From a virus (Duplodnaviria > Caudoviricetes): a DNA stretch of 64,000 nucleotides. The stretch is from the IMG/VR virus record IMGVR_UViG_3300027766_000001, one strand, 5' to 3'. Below are positions 39,554 through 49,544 of this stretch, piece by piece. Numbering within the stretch: position 1 is the stretch's first letter; each line of letters opens with the position of its first letter. Position numbers and translations under genes: made by a program. The notes beneath the pieces are model-generated. The model was not told the origin of the DNA, did no database searches, and was given only the letters and a program-made list of their open reading frames with translations.

Positions 39554-40471
39554 TTAGAATAACAGTTCCAGCACGCCTTGAAAGCGCAGGTTGCTTTGAG
39601 AGATAGCCGACCAGCCAGTAGAACCCGACGTGATGTTCATGTAACCGTAGGTGTTGGCGGCGGAGACTTGCGTGTCTACCCACGCCAGACCCATCCACGT
39701 CCCCATCACCTGATCACACAGTTTATATTTGATCTGCCCGTTCACACCTGGCGCAGGTGGCACCATTGGAGTGGGTCCTGTCCCAAAGAGCGACATGATC
39801 ATCCCAATCTCGGACACCGCTGCTTCAGCACCGTACTGAGCGGTTTGAAGAACTGCAGTAGGATTGCCCACTGTTGCGTGCGGCAACCGGAAGACAAAGT
39901 CATACCCGTTCTTGCTGACCACCACGCCATTGGTCTCGTAGGTGTTGTCCTTGACCAACAGCTTACTGTTAATCAATTCCCCCGGAGAAGGCGCGGCGTT
40001 GTTGTAGAGCTGGTCAGCCGTGAACAGAATACGACCACCCACCACAAACTTGTGATACACCGACAAAGTTGGTATGGCGGCTTGCGTGGCCAGCGGAGTA
40101 GTTGCGCCCGAGGCAACGATCCCTGCATAGAGTTCAGAGTTACTGAACAATAAATTAGGATCTACCTCGCCGAAGTAACCAAAGTTCCAGTCGCCGCGTG
40201 CAAGCTTTTGCGGACCCGGGCCGGTGTCAGTAAAGTAACCCAGTAGGAGTTGTTCGGTGTACGTGATGTTACCATCAGGCAGCACAGCGCCAACCAGAAT
40301 ATAGTAGATGCTACGGTTTACCGAAGTTTGGTACGTGTAGCTGGTAACGTCAGATCCAACGTTGACCACGTCACTTGGCGGCGAAGCCAAATTGACCTTA
40401 CTGCCCGCGCTACGATAAAGCCGGTAACCGGTTGCACCTGAAACCGCATTCCAAGAAACAGTCAACGACAT
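39554..40471 (-). CDS. Putative virion protein, Fn3-like + GPG paralog domain
   Basis: LTVSWNAVSGATGYRLYRS; TGPGPQKLARGDWNFGYFGEV; GVLELLF. Confidence 0.7.
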   Translation of the reverse strand: MSLTVSWNAVSGATGYRLYRSAGSKVNLASPPSDVVNVGSDVTSYTYQTSVNRSIYYILVGAVLPDGNITYTEQLLLGYFTDTGPGPQKLARGDWNFGYFGEVDPNLLFSNSELYAGIVASGATTPLATQAAIPTLSVYHKFVVGGRILFTADQLYNNAAPSPGELINSKLLVKDNTYETNGVVVSKNGYDFVFRLPHATVGNPTAVLQTAQYGAEAAVSEIGMIMSLFGTGPTPMVPPAPGVNGQIKYKLCDQVMGTWMGLAWVDTQVSAANTYGYMNITSGSTGWSAISQSNLRFQGVLELLF

Positions 40472-40472
40472 C

Positions 40473-41369
40473 TTACGCCTCCACTAATTCAAGCACAGGC
40501 CACCAACCCAGAGCTGTACTGCTCAAAGTCAGTGCAACGGTTGTTAGCCCGGCAATTTTAGCACGCTCACTGGTGGTGATACCGCTAAAGTAACGCACCA
40601 GACCCGTGTCGCCTTCACTGGTCTTTTCAGCAATGATGACCTGTGCGCCCGTGCCGCTTAATGCCGCCGTTGATAACCAATTGGGCATGCGCTGACCAAT
40701 AGGGGTTGCGGCGAACATCGGATACACCAGATCGTTGAATTCACAGGTCTGTGCAATGGTTTGCATATCGAGTGGATAGGTACCGGTTTTAGACGGCAGT
40801 GCGGCAGCACTACCTACCTCACTCCAACCACGCATCAAGCGCACCTTGAACGTATACCCCTGAATGACCACAGTGGTTTCACCGTTAATCAACTTTTTGG
40901 TATCCAGCGAAGATACCGTGGTGGTATACCCCATCGGGCGTTCTGGAACAAACAGCACTTTGCCGTTGCGCGCATATTTGTACCAGTACTGGTTGGCACT
41001 GGCGGTTGTGACTGCGGCCACAGCCGCATTCAGGTTTGCTGCAGTAATCAGCTGTTCTGCAGAAAGAACGTCGTACAGACCCAAATCACGGTCGCCGTAG
41101 AGCAACACGTTCGATCCAGGACCACGGGTTTCAGCTGCCTGAATCTTCTGGTTACGAGAGACGATCGTCTCATTGGCGGATGCCGTCTTAAACACGTAGT
41201 AGTACGTATTACCCTGGATGGCTGTTGCATCAAGATACTGAGATTCGTTGTTTGACAACGTCACCAGCGGCGTGGGAAGGTTTGTACGATCAAGCGGTGC
41301 ATCACCGCGGTAGATCGTGGTGGTGACAGGGATGGTGTTACGATTTGTCCACGCGAGTGTAATTGCCAT
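40473..41369 (-). CDS. Putative virion protein, Fn3-like + GPG paralog domain
   Basis: ITLAWTN...IYRG...YYYVF; RGPGSNVL; NGKVLFVP; WWPVLELV. Confidence 0.7.
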   Translation of the reverse strand: MAITLAWTNRNTIPVTTTIYRGDAPLDRTNLPTPLVTLSNNESQYLDATAIQGNTYYYVFKTASANETIVSRNQKIQAAETRGPGSNVLLYGDRDLGLYDVLSAEQLITAANLNAAVAAVTTASANQYWYKYARNGKVLFVPERPMGYTTTVSSLDTKKLINGETTVVIQGYTFKVRLMRGWSEVGSAAALPSKTGTYPLDMQTIAQTCEFNDLVYPMFAATPIGQRMPNWLSTAALSGTGAQVIIAEKTSEGDTGLVRYFSGITTSERAKIAGLTTVALTLSSTALGWWPVLELVEA

Positions 41370-41381
41370 GGTTGCCTCTAA

Positions 41382-42503
41382 TTATGAATTACTAACGGTA
41401 ACGCCGCTCAACTGCGCCGGATCATACATAGCTTTGATCTTGTACGGGTTAAGTGGTGTATCGATTACATACTTGACAGGGCCTGGTCGTTTACTGAGCA
41501 GGCTGACTGTTTTAATGCTGCCTGGTATCACGGGGCTGACTACAGACCCACGTGCATCTGGTGTCTTACTTAACATCTTAACAGTAAGCTTACCAGCTGG
41601 GGCGATTGGGTCAGCAATGGCTTTTCCAACAATCTTACCCAACACTGTGGCTTTAAGGTTGATTATATCAAACAGTCCTGTGGTTGACTCGCCCGGCGCT
41701 ATCTTAAAATCCACCGGCATCGGTGGTGGGTTAGCAGCCACTATGTTGACCGGCTCCAACACGGTTTCGCTGGGATCATGGTACTCCAACACAGGCCACC
41801 ATCCGACACTGGTAGACCGTACCGTTTTACTGGTTGACCCGTAACGCATGAAACCCGGCGTGGTTGTCACGTTCTGTGCAAACAACATTCCGGTCGCACT
41901 GACCGAGGTCTTAGACAAACCGCCAAAGGTTGTGGTAGTCACGTCTGCTGTGAAGCTGTCCCATTTGCCGGTACCTGCACCAACACCGTAAGCAAGCACT
42001 TTTGTCAGCAATGCGGTTAACTCACCGTATTCACTGACGTTAGCATTTGTATTTGTATCAGGATCGGTATTCGTTGCTGCTGGTAACCGCAGGAGGAACG
42101 CAGCCAAACGACCTTCTAATTTCTTAGTGATCATTGTCCGCTGTGGCTGTGGTGTAGCAGCAGGAGAAGGATATGCGCCTACACCACTGATCCCGTAGAC
42201 CACGCCTAACTGATACAGGTCTTCCCATGATACGGGTTGATTGGCTGTGTTAATTGGACGTGATGGGATATAAACAGTTTTACCCTGGTAGGAGAATTTA
42301 AACCAAAGGGTAGTTGGGTCAGTGTCGTTACCGTACGCTAACAGCCCTACCTGGTTAAAGATTTCTAAGCTTGTAAACAGTTGCGATTGCGTGAGCGTTC
42401 CAAAGTAACCGGCATCGCTGTTGCCGGCTTGCAACGACTTTGGCCCCGGTCCTGATTTGGCGTAGTAGGTTTTACCCCCTCCCGCAGCAATCATCTCTAA
42501 CAT
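41382..42503 (-). CDS. Putative virion protein, GPG paralog domain
   Basis: Start MLEMI at 42503 after GGAGG; SGPGPKSLQAG...GYFG; QGKTVYIP; WWPVLEY. Confidence 0.7.
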   Translation of the reverse strand: MLEMIAAGGGKTYYAKSGPGPKSLQAGNSDAGYFGTLTQSQLFTSLEIFNQVGLLAYGNDTDPTTLWFKFSYQGKTVYIPSRPINTANQPVSWEDLYQLGVVYGISGVGAYPSPAATPQPQRTMITKKLEGRLAAFLLRLPAATNTDPDTNTNANVSEYGELTALLTKVLAYGVGAGTGKWDSFTADVTTTTFGGLSKTSVSATGMLFAQNVTTTPGFMRYGSTSKTVRSTSVGWWPVLEYHDPSETVLEPVNIVAANPPPMPVDFKIAPGESTTGLFDIINLKATVLGKIVGKAIADPIAPAGKLTVKMLSKTPDARGSVVSPVIPGSIKTVSLLSKRPGPVKYVIDTPLNPYKIKAMYDPAQLSGVTVSNS

Positions 42504-42542
42504 CTTAACCTCCAATAACAAAGACATCCTTGTCTTACTGAT

Positions 42543-44675
42543 TTACCAGTTCATGGCTTTGGAACGCACAGGCTTGACTGCTTCGGGGATGTCTTCCACA
42601 ATCATGTCCTGCTCTTCCAGGAAGTCGTATAACGCTTCGTTACCGACTGATAAGAACCCTTCGTCTGGGTCAAACGGAGGCTCGTCCATGCCTTCCATTC
42701 CAATTCCATCCGCTACCTCAGGCACATTCACCGTTGAACCGTAACGATCATACCCCATCAGCTGATCGACCTGATCGCGAGACCAGTTCATGATGTCTTC
42801 TGAGCGGGTAGAGATGTTCGGCTCGGCACCGGTGTCCAAAACGAAGTTGTTAATGTACACCGTTTTGTCCTGACCGATACGGTGCATACGCGCCATGGCC
42901 TGTTTGTAGTGGTGGAAACGGAAAGGCTTGTTCAACATCATCCCATTGTTGGCTTCTGTCACGGGTACCGCTTCAGCCAATGAACGGAAGGTAGCAACCA
43001 ACGGGTTGATGTCTTCATTACTGCGGAAGTCCTTAATGATGTTCACCAACTCATTGTTCGTGTCACCATAGACCACCACTGGCGTGTACCCTTTAGCAAT
43101 ACACACCCGCCGAGCTTCTTCCAACACCGGCACAAAGTCCGTGAAGATCAAGGTCTTCTTCTCGGCGTTGTCGATGTACTGCTGGAAGTCAATGTACGCC
43201 ACCATGTCAATGTGACACTGGGTGCGTTCTTTACCTAGGACGCGGCCCAGACACTCACCCTTGATCTTCAAGTCCACGTACTTGATCACTGAGCGGGCGT
43301 CTTTGAACGGTGCCTTCAGCGATTCGGGTAACGAAGGAATGATCACGTTGAGTTCGTAATCATTACAGTACTTGGATTCCTCTGACATGGTCCGCGGGTC
43401 AAAGCCGTACTTCTGGAACATCGCCACGTTTGCCTGGTACTGCTTAAAGGCTTCGTGGTCTTTGGGTGTGCGCAAATCACGACGGTGAGAGGTCATCGCA
43501 TCGTCGTAGATCTGTTGATACACCGGACGGTTCTTGGTGTAGTACTCAAAGCGCTCCTTAATAAAGGACACCATGAGGGTACGAATCGCCTCCAGGGTAT
43601 AACGTTGACCGTTCGGGATCTTGACCTTGACCGTGGCTTCAACCGGCTTGTCCGACATGAAGCTTTCTTTAGGTACCAGGAAGCTCACAATCCCCAACCG
43701 GTTTGCCAGGATGTCATTTGCCTTACCACCGACCTTGCCCCAGATCTTACGCATGGCAAACTCAACGTCACTGTTGAAATCAGGAATGATCGAGCGGAAT
43801 AACGGAATGGCCTCAGACCCCATGGCGGTCAGCGCGGTACCGGAAAGCCACAGCACGTCTTGTGACCTCGATACCGTGCACAGTTCATCAAAGGTCGAGG
43901 TACGAATCGATTCCTTTGATTTCATGTTGAGGTTGTGGGATTCGTCAAGGATGATTCCGACGTTAGGCAGGCGAAGGCTCTTAGCCATCTCCAGCGCCTG
44001 TCCTAAGCGTTCGTAGTGGAAGATCATCCACTTGGTACCCTTTGGACACGCAGTGTTGGTATCGGCCACCCAGGTCGTCTGGTTACCACTGACGCTTTCC
44101 TTGAGGGTTTTCTCCCAGACATCGTACACGGCTTTCTTTGGCGAGATAACAAAGACGTAATCCATGTCGCGGGCAAACATGGTGGCGATCCCACCAATGG
44201 TTTTACCGGCACCGGGGTCAGCTGCATACAGTGCACCGTTTAACCGATAGCGCGGTTTGGTGTAGTTGTAGTATTGCAGGAAACCACGTTGACTGGGCAG
44301 TAGCGGAAACTTGATGGGTTTGGTGCGGTTGATATCTATGATGTCCGCCCAGTTCTCATCGATGTCGTTCATCCAGGTGTTTTCTTTAATCAGTTCGACG
44401 ATACGGACCAACACCCGACGACTGCAGTAACGGGTTTTGTCGTTGATCATCTTCTCGAACATGTACACCACTTCAAGTGCAAAGAAACTGTGGAACGAGA
44501 ATTCACTGGGCTTCACGTTCTTAAACATGTACTTGGCGATTTTAGAGGTGCCCCACAGTTTATCGATGTCGTACTGAATAAAGCGTGAGGGCGTGCCGGA
44601 GATCGTGATTAAGCCGTTCTGTTCCCGAACGCTGATGATCCCAAGCATCCCTTTAACGCGGTCAAAGAGAGCCAT
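42543..44675 (-). CDS. SF2 (SNF2-like) helicase
   Basis: DPGAGKT, ILDESH, LSGT, QAMARMHRIGQ; start MALFDR after AGGA. Confidence 0.88.
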   Translation of the reverse strand: MALFDRVKGMLGIISVREQNGLITISGTPSRFIQYDIDKLWGTSKIAKYMFKNVKPSEFSFHSFFALEVVYMFEKMINDKTRYCSRRVLVRIVELIKENTWMNDIDENWADIIDINRTKPIKFPLLPSQRGFLQYYNYTKPRYRLNGALYAADPGAGKTIGGIATMFARDMDYVFVISPKKAVYDVWEKTLKESVSGNQTTWVADTNTACPKGTKWMIFHYERLGQALEMAKSLRLPNVGIILDESHNLNMKSKESIRTSTFDELCTVSRSQDVLWLSGTALTAMGSEAIPLFRSIIPDFNSDVEFAMRKIWGKVGGKANDILANRLGIVSFLVPKESFMSDKPVEATVKVKIPNGQRYTLEAIRTLMVSFIKERFEYYTKNRPVYQQIYDDAMTSHRRDLRTPKDHEAFKQYQANVAMFQKYGFDPRTMSEESKYCNDYELNVIIPSLPESLKAPFKDARSVIKYVDLKIKGECLGRVLGKERTQCHIDMVAYIDFQQYIDNAEKKTLIFTDFVPVLEEARRVCIAKGYTPVVVYGDTNNELVNIIKDFRSNEDINPLVATFRSLAEAVPVTEANNGMMLNKPFRFHHYKQAMARMHRIGQDKTVYINNFVLDTGAEPNISTRSEDIMNWSRDQVDQLMGYDRYGSTVNVPEVADGIGMEGMDEPPFDPDEGFLSVGNEALYDFLEEQDMIVEDIPEAVKPVRSKAMNW

Positions 44676-44730
44676 AAGTAGTTCCTGTTTTAATAGTTGA
44701 ATAACATACAATTTCCATCAGATTTTAAAC

Positions 44731-44749
44731 CTATATCACTATGGTGAGT
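44731..44749 (+). promoter_or_regulatory. Early promoter
   Basis: CTATATCACTATGGTGAGT. Confidence 0.65.
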
Positions 44750-44796
44750 TTTCAGCTGAAAACAGATGTAATACTTTACATGTGAGGAATAATCTG

Positions 44797-44880
44797 ATGA
44801 GCAATTCACTCGTTAACCTTGGCATCATTATGTTCACCCTTATCGGTTTGACGTTAATGTTTGTCTTTAACGTAAAATGA
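44797..44880 (+). CDS. 27-aa single-TM peptide (not in ORF track)
   Basis: GAGGA RBS with leader; MSNSLVNLGIIMFTLIGLTLMFVFNVK. Confidence 0.55.
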   Translation: MSNSLVNLGIIMFTLIGLTLMFVFNVK

Positions 44881-44966
44881 TGTTATGACGATTAAGTTCG
44901 TCAAGCCAATACTCTGCTTAGGGGTTGAGTATTAACAACCAATTATAAATTCGAAGGTCCACCACC

Positions 44967-45524
44967 ATGATTAAATCCATTATTCAAGAAGCTGTCGTAA
45001 GAGCACTGGCAGCCACAAACGCTGAAGAATACCTTATCCGCTTGAGAAGGAACATCGAGTCGGACATCCGCCATCAGATCAAACTGCATGGTGGTCGCGA
45101 AAGCTTTGACGTGAACACCCGTTTTAGCCTGGGCTTTAATGGTGAAGACGGTTTCTTCCAAACCATCCGCACCAACATCATCAACGTGAAGTCGGGTGAA
45201 GAGATTGCCGATACCGTAAAAATCCCTATCCACCAGTATCACATGCTGGGTGGTTTACGCGGTGCTTTCCATCACGCTTCCATCAAAGCCAAGCTTGCCA
45301 ACGACTACTACTTTGCTGGCGGCGAAATCCATACTCTGAAGTCAGTCCTTGAGAACGAGCTGAAGCCACTTTTCGGCAACCACAAAGTCATCATCGCCGT
45401 GAACCACGCGCGTAAAGGTGATTGTGCGGTTGACGTTGAACTGATTCAGTGTTCACTCAAGAGCCTGGCCGATATGTTCTCTGCACTTGAGAGCGGGTTG
45501 TCTGACGACGCGGCAGTAGCTTAG
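44967..45524 (+). CDS. Hypothetical protein
   Basis: 185 aa, AAGG RBS. Confidence 0.75.
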   Translation: MIKSIIQEAVVRALAATNAEEYLIRLRRNIESDIRHQIKLHGGRESFDVNTRFSLGFNGEDGFFQTIRTNIINVKSGEEIADTVKIPIHQYHMLGGLRGAFHHASIKAKLANDYYFAGGEIHTLKSVLENELKPLFGNHKVIIAVNHARKGDCAVDVELIQCSLKSLADMFSALESGLSDDAAVA

Positions 45525-45532
45525 TTCACAAC

Positions 45533-45571
45533 AAGAAGAGGGTGGTAACACATCCTCTTCTTTTTATGTCG
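45533..45571 (+). terminator. Terminator + TTATGTCG
   Basis: AAGAAGAGG...CCTCTTCTT, T-run, TTATGTCG. Confidence 0.7.
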
Positions 45572-45608
45572 CACTTGTTTTTACTTTTTGTAATGGACGT
45601 ACTTTGTA

Positions 45609-45983
45609 ATGACTCCTCCACCACGACTCGTGAGCCAGGTGACCTGGTTGCTGCACGAGATCAGTGCGGCACTTACCCAACCCGATGATTACCTGGCCGT
45701 CCTCAACCACAAGCCAATCGGTGATCGCGTAGATCGCATGAACTTTATTGCCACCCGTTTACGTAAGTACGTTGAGCGACAAGTATTAGAATACATAAGT
45801 ACTTGTATCTATGTAGACCACAGTACGTGGTTACGTAAACCGCGTGTTACTGCTGAAGTAATCGATTTCCGTATTCGGTTGACCGTCCATGGACTCAGGG
45901 GCGTTGTAATCCACTCTGTGGAATTTGCACCAACCGTGTATGCACATACCAAACCGTATTTCAAAAATACGATCTGTCAATAA
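45609..45983 (+). CDS. Hypothetical protein
   Basis: 124 aa. Confidence 0.65.
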   Translation: MTPPPRLVSQVTWLLHEISAALTQPDDYLAVLNHKPIGDRVDRMNFIATRLRKYVERQVLEYISTCIYVDHSTWLRKPRVTAEVIDFRIRLTVHGLRGVVIHSVEFAPTVYAHTKPYFKNTICQ

Positions 45984-45994
45984 AGAGGCCTCGC

Positions 45995-47203
45995 ATGTCT
46001 GGTAAGAAAAACAACATGAAACAAGTGCGTAAAGAAGCTCAGCGCAATGCTCCGGTTCACTGGGAGCAGAACTGGATTGACCAGGTGCTGGACTCTATTC
46101 GCGAATTCGCCAGCCAGTCTGTGCGTCTGCGTTTCCAACGTGAAATCGCAGTAGCCGATCGTGCGAACTGGACCTTTGGTTCAGACATCGACGTTGAACA
46201 CGATCGTCGTCGTATTATCGTAACCGAATGGTTTGTGCCGATTGTTGACGGTAAGCCGGTGGTGTACCTGGATGAAGCCAACACCCAGCTGAACCCGGAC
46301 ATGCAGGCGTTCAAATTCATCCTGCGCTACGACCATCTGCAGCAGGCAGCCAAAGACGCACATCAGCGTCGCACCAACCCGAACATCGGCTTGTACTACC
46401 TGCCGGAAGTCACTCTGCAGGCTGGCGAGAAAGGCTGGGAAGCGCGTCTGGAAAACATCGACCGTATCGGCCGTAAGCTGGTACAGGAAGCGGTGGAATA
46501 CCTGAACGCGAAGAAGGTGGTGCTGGAAGCCGAATACGGTAAAGAGTCTGATGACGGTATTTACCTGGGCGCCACCCTGGCGTACAACGAAGACGAAAAC
46601 CTGCTGCAGGTGGTAACCCACAAACGTGGTCCGCTGGACGTCATCGAAAACAAAGATGGTGAAGTGAACTACGAAGACATCCAGAGCATCGACATCACGG
46701 GTACGTATCCGGCTGATGATACAACGGGTGCCAACGTGCGTTCTGCTGTCGCGCGTCATGCGGCTGAGCACCGTGACTGGAAGCGTGTGGTTAAACCGTC
46801 TCAGGCTGCGTACAAGCGCTTCTCAGGCGATCTGGCTGATTACCTGATGTCTATCAGCGAAGAAGTCTACAAGCGCGCTCAGGCCGCTGCACCGGCTGAT
46901 ACGAAGGTCGACTTCGAATACAACCTGATGAACGGTGGTCTGGAAGCAACCTACCAGAAAGTACTGACTGAAGACGCTGATGGCCAGACTGGCGATGTGG
47001 GTGTGAAAGGTAAGTTTGCTGGCGATAAAACTACCGTCAACATCGAACTGGCGCGTGAAGACCGTGCAGCTATCATTCTGGTGGCAGGTCGTATCGAACC
47101 GGACATGTGGTTCCATGTGCAGGCTGATTACCTGGCTCGCTTCCTGGCGACCTACGGCAACGGCCAGACCACGGTGTCAAAAGAAGTACTGGGTACCGCA
47201 TAA
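45995..47203 (+). CDS. Hypothetical protein (402 aa)
   Basis: GAGG RBS; codon usage typical of a highly expressed gene. Confidence 0.8.
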   Translation: MSGKKNNMKQVRKEAQRNAPVHWEQNWIDQVLDSIREFASQSVRLRFQREIAVADRANWTFGSDIDVEHDRRRIIVTEWFVPIVDGKPVVYLDEANTQLNPDMQAFKFILRYDHLQQAAKDAHQRRTNPNIGLYYLPEVTLQAGEKGWEARLENIDRIGRKLVQEAVEYLNAKKVVLEAEYGKESDDGIYLGATLAYNEDENLLQVVTHKRGPLDVIENKDGEVNYEDIQSIDITGTYPADDTTGANVRSAVARHAAEHRDWKRVVKPSQAAYKRFSGDLADYLMSISEEVYKRAQAAAPADTKVDFEYNLMNGGLEATYQKVLTEDADGQTGDVGVKGKFAGDKTTVNIELAREDRAAIILVAGRIEPDMWFHVQADYLARFLATYGNGQTTVSKEVLGTA

Positions 47204-47208
47204 GTAAG

Positions 47209-47253
47209 ACCTCAACCTTTCTCCTCACGGGGAAGGGTTGGGGTTTTATGCCG
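47209..47253 (+). terminator. Hairpin + TTATGCCG
   Basis: ACCTCAACCTTTC...GGAAGGGTTGGGGT then TTATGCCG. Confidence 0.7.
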
Positions 47254-47301
47254 GTTTGTTGTTTATTTTTTGTTTCTTTTGAGTTGTAGATTTTTTCAGA
47301 C

Positions 47302-47320
47302 CTATATTAAAAAGGTGAAT
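47302..47320 (+). promoter_or_regulatory. Early promoter
   Basis: CTATATTAAAAAGGTGAAT. Confidence 0.65.
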
Positions 47321-47368
47321 AAGAGCAATAAACTTCTCTTCTATCTATCTAATCAATGAGGATTTACC

Positions 47369-47605
47369 ATGAACACTAAACTGATCATTACCGTAACTGC
47401 ATCCATCGCTGCAATGGCAACTGGCATTACCCTGCTGGTTAAACATCGCAAAGAAGCCAAAGCCACCATCAGCGAACTGTCTGATGCGATTGCTGAGTCC
47501 TCTATCGCTGCAATCAACAAAGTGGCTGACGCACATCCAGAGAACACCGAAGTACAAGCCCAAGCGAAGAAGTCAATCGACAACATCGCTGCAGCATCCC
47601 TGTAA
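47369..47605 (+). CDS. Small N-anchored membrane protein
   Basis: GAGGA RBS; TM then HRK. Confidence 0.7.
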   Translation: MNTKLIITVTASIAAMATGITLLVKHRKEAKATISELSDAIAESSIAAINKVADAHPENTEVQAQAKKSIDNIAAASL

Positions 47606-47641
47606 TTAACTTTATCAACCTTAACCTGTGAGCTTGCCATT

Positions 47642-47893
47642 ATGTCAAATGTAAATACCGTTGCTATCGTCGCTGTCGCTGTTGTGGCTGTAACCGCTGT
47701 TGTCACCGTGTTCAAACGTAAACCAAAACCAGAGCCAGTGGTTCTGCGTAAACTGACTAGTGAAGAGCAGCACGAAGCAGTCATGCAAGTAGCACGTCTG
47801 TCCAACGATCCAAACTACATTGAGCTGATGGACATCATGGGTAAAGCCGTTGATTTCAATCGCATCGCCCCACTGTACGAAGTTGTCAAATAA
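47642..47893 (+). CDS. Small N-anchored membrane protein
   Basis: Leader motif; TM then KRKPK. Confidence 0.7.
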   Translation: MSNVNTVAIVAVAVVAVTAVVTVFKRKPKPEPVVLRKLTSEEQHEAVMQVARLSNDPNYIELMDIMGKAVDFNRIAPLYEVVK

Positions 47894-47917
47894 CCCTTTA
47901 ACTTGTGAGACTCTATC

Positions 47918-48151
47918 ATGAACACTTTAGCTAAAATCGCTTTCGCTGCAACCTGTACCGCCATGATCGCTGCCGGTGTCTACTACGAAGTGCAGATCCA
48001 GAAGATCCGTAACAAACGTCACGGCAACAAAATCAACCAGACGGATAAAGGTGCAAACATCATTATCCTGGCACCACTGCCAACCGTCCGTGTCAAAGCG
48101 GTCCGTTCAGTTGCTGCCCTTGATCCACGTGTTCGTAACCTGACCCATTAA
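47918..48151 (+). CDS. Small N-anchored membrane protein
   Basis: Leader motif; TM then basic tail. Confidence 0.7.
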   Translation: MNTLAKIAFAATCTAMIAAGVYYEVQIQKIRNKRHGNKINQTDKGANIIILAPLPTVRVKAVRSVAALDPRVRNLTH

Positions 48152-48186
48152 TCTCTCTTCATTACCTTAACCTGTGAGGCTATTCC

Positions 48187-48282
48187 ATGTTTGACTTAAC
48201 GACCGTATCATCTTTAGTTCTGTTAGTTGCTCTGGTCGTTGTATGGAATTTCCCATATGGCGGTAACAAAGAAGCAGTCTAA
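48187..48282 (+). CDS. 31-aa TM peptide (not in ORF track)
   Basis: CCTTAACCTGTGAGG leader; MFDLTTVSSLVLLVALVVVWNFPYGGNKEAV. Confidence 0.6.
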   Translation: MFDLTTVSSLVLLVALVVVWNFPYGGNKEAV

Positions 48283-48323
48283 TACGCAGTACCTTTTACA
48301 CCTTAACCTGTTGGAGCATTACC

Positions 48324-48455
48324 ATGAAATCAATCATCACCAAAGTTGTTGTCTCTGTAGTCGTCTCTGTTGTCGCAACCGCGGCAGTCAACTACATCAA
48401 TAAGAAGTCTGGCCGTGGGCATCTGAAATCCACTGTCACATACCTGCAGTTTTAG
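48324..48455 (+). CDS. 43-aa TM peptide (not in ORF track)
   Basis: Leader plus GGAG; MKSIITKVVVSVVVSVVATAAVNYINKK... Confidence 0.65.
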   Translation: MKSIITKVVVSVVVSVVATAAVNYINKKSGRGHLKSTVTYLQF

Positions 48456-48467
48456 GAGGTGGTCGTT

Positions 48468-48548
48468 ATGCCATTATCCTGTCCGTTAAATCAAACTAAC
48501 CTGGTTACTCCTACGAGGGTTTACCGGTGCGTTTGCAATAGTACTTAA
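48468..48548 (+). CDS. 26-aa Cys-containing peptide (tentative)
   Basis: AGGAGGT RBS; MPLSCPLNQTNLVTPTRVYRCVCNST. Confidence 0.35.
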   Translation: MPLSCPLNQTNLVTPTRVYRCVCNST

Positions 48549-48616
48549 TCCTGCTGAGCGTTCATGTGGACCTCAGCAAACTAACCAAAACTAATCAATT
48601 GCAAAGAGGTATTACC

Positions 48617-49060
48617 ATGAACACTATTAACACTGCTAAACTGACTTTCGTAATGTCTGATGAATTCGTTGCGATGGTACGTGAAAACATCAATGAACTG
48701 GGTGTGAATGGCGTGGCCCGTATGGCTGAACGTCGTTACCAGTTCCGTAACCCTAAACTGATCGGCATCGATGTTGATGCATCTGACATCAAACGCGCTG
48801 TAGCCATGGGCTATGGTCTGGTTGATGAGAAAGACCGTCTGGCTAATATCTATGCGTGGCTGAAAGCAAACGTCCGTAAAATGTTTACTGGCGCTGCTGT
48901 CACCAAAGAAGGCGTGGCGAATGCCTGGAAAGCCTACCGCAAATATGTATCAGACAAAGGTCTGGAGCGTCTGTTTGGTGGTGCTGGTATCACTGGCACT
49001 AACAGTATTGTTGAACGTGAGTTCAAAATCATATGTTCAAACGTCGCAGAATCGATCTGA
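48617..49060 (+). CDS. Hypothetical protein
   Basis: GAGGT RBS before ATG 48617. Confidence 0.75.
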   Translation: MNTINTAKLTFVMSDEFVAMVRENINELGVNGVARMAERRYQFRNPKLIGIDVDASDIKRAVAMGYGLVDEKDRLANIYAWLKANVRKMFTGAAVTKEGVANAWKAYRKYVSDKGLERLFGGAGITGTNSIVEREFKIICSNVAESI

Positions 49061-49070
49061 GGGAAACAAC

Positions 49071-49544
49071 ATGTTTGATTTAGTTAAGTGGGTCGCTATC
49101 ATGGCGATCGTCACCTTCTTCATTCTGCTGATTCGTGCAATGTTACGTAAACCAGCAGGTACCAATCAAAAGCGGTGGGTTGTACTCTCCACCCCTGAGT
49201 TGTTGGACCGGGCGTTTCAAACTGAACAGATGTATGAGATTGCAGAGCGTACGGCACAGCGACATCTGAGTGCTTATGGCACTCATTCGTTTGTTGAGTT
49301 CTACACTGAAATCTTTAAAGAGTTCGACAACGCCCGAACCACAGACGGCTATCTACTGTCAGGTACGATTACTGACCAGGGTGAAGATGCCCTGTTTAAT
49401 ATCACGCTGACAAAAGGCATGGAAGCGCAGACCAAAGAATACAAAGTGAGTTATGTGCATTTAGCACGGGTCACTGACGTTCTTTCTCCTGCCTTACTGT
49501 CTCGTTTAAACTGGCATGTTAAGAGTCATAACAGCGAGGGGTAA
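49071..49544 (+). CDS. Hypothetical protein, N-terminal TM
   Basis: GAGGG RBS before ATG 49071. Confidence 0.7.
   Translation: MFDLVKWVAIMAIVTFFILLIRAMLRKPAGTNQKRWVVLSTPELLDRAFQTEQMYEIAERTAQRHLSAYGTHSFVEFYTEIFKEFDNARTTDGYLLSGTITDQGEDALFNITLTKGMEAQTKEYKVSYVHLARVTDVLSPALLSRLNWHVKSHNSEG

Noticed and set aside
22984-42503. Invertible cassette or DGR acting on the paralog clusters
   Set aside because: No nucleotide-level inverted repeats, template/variable repeat pair, invertase or reverse transcriptase noticed.
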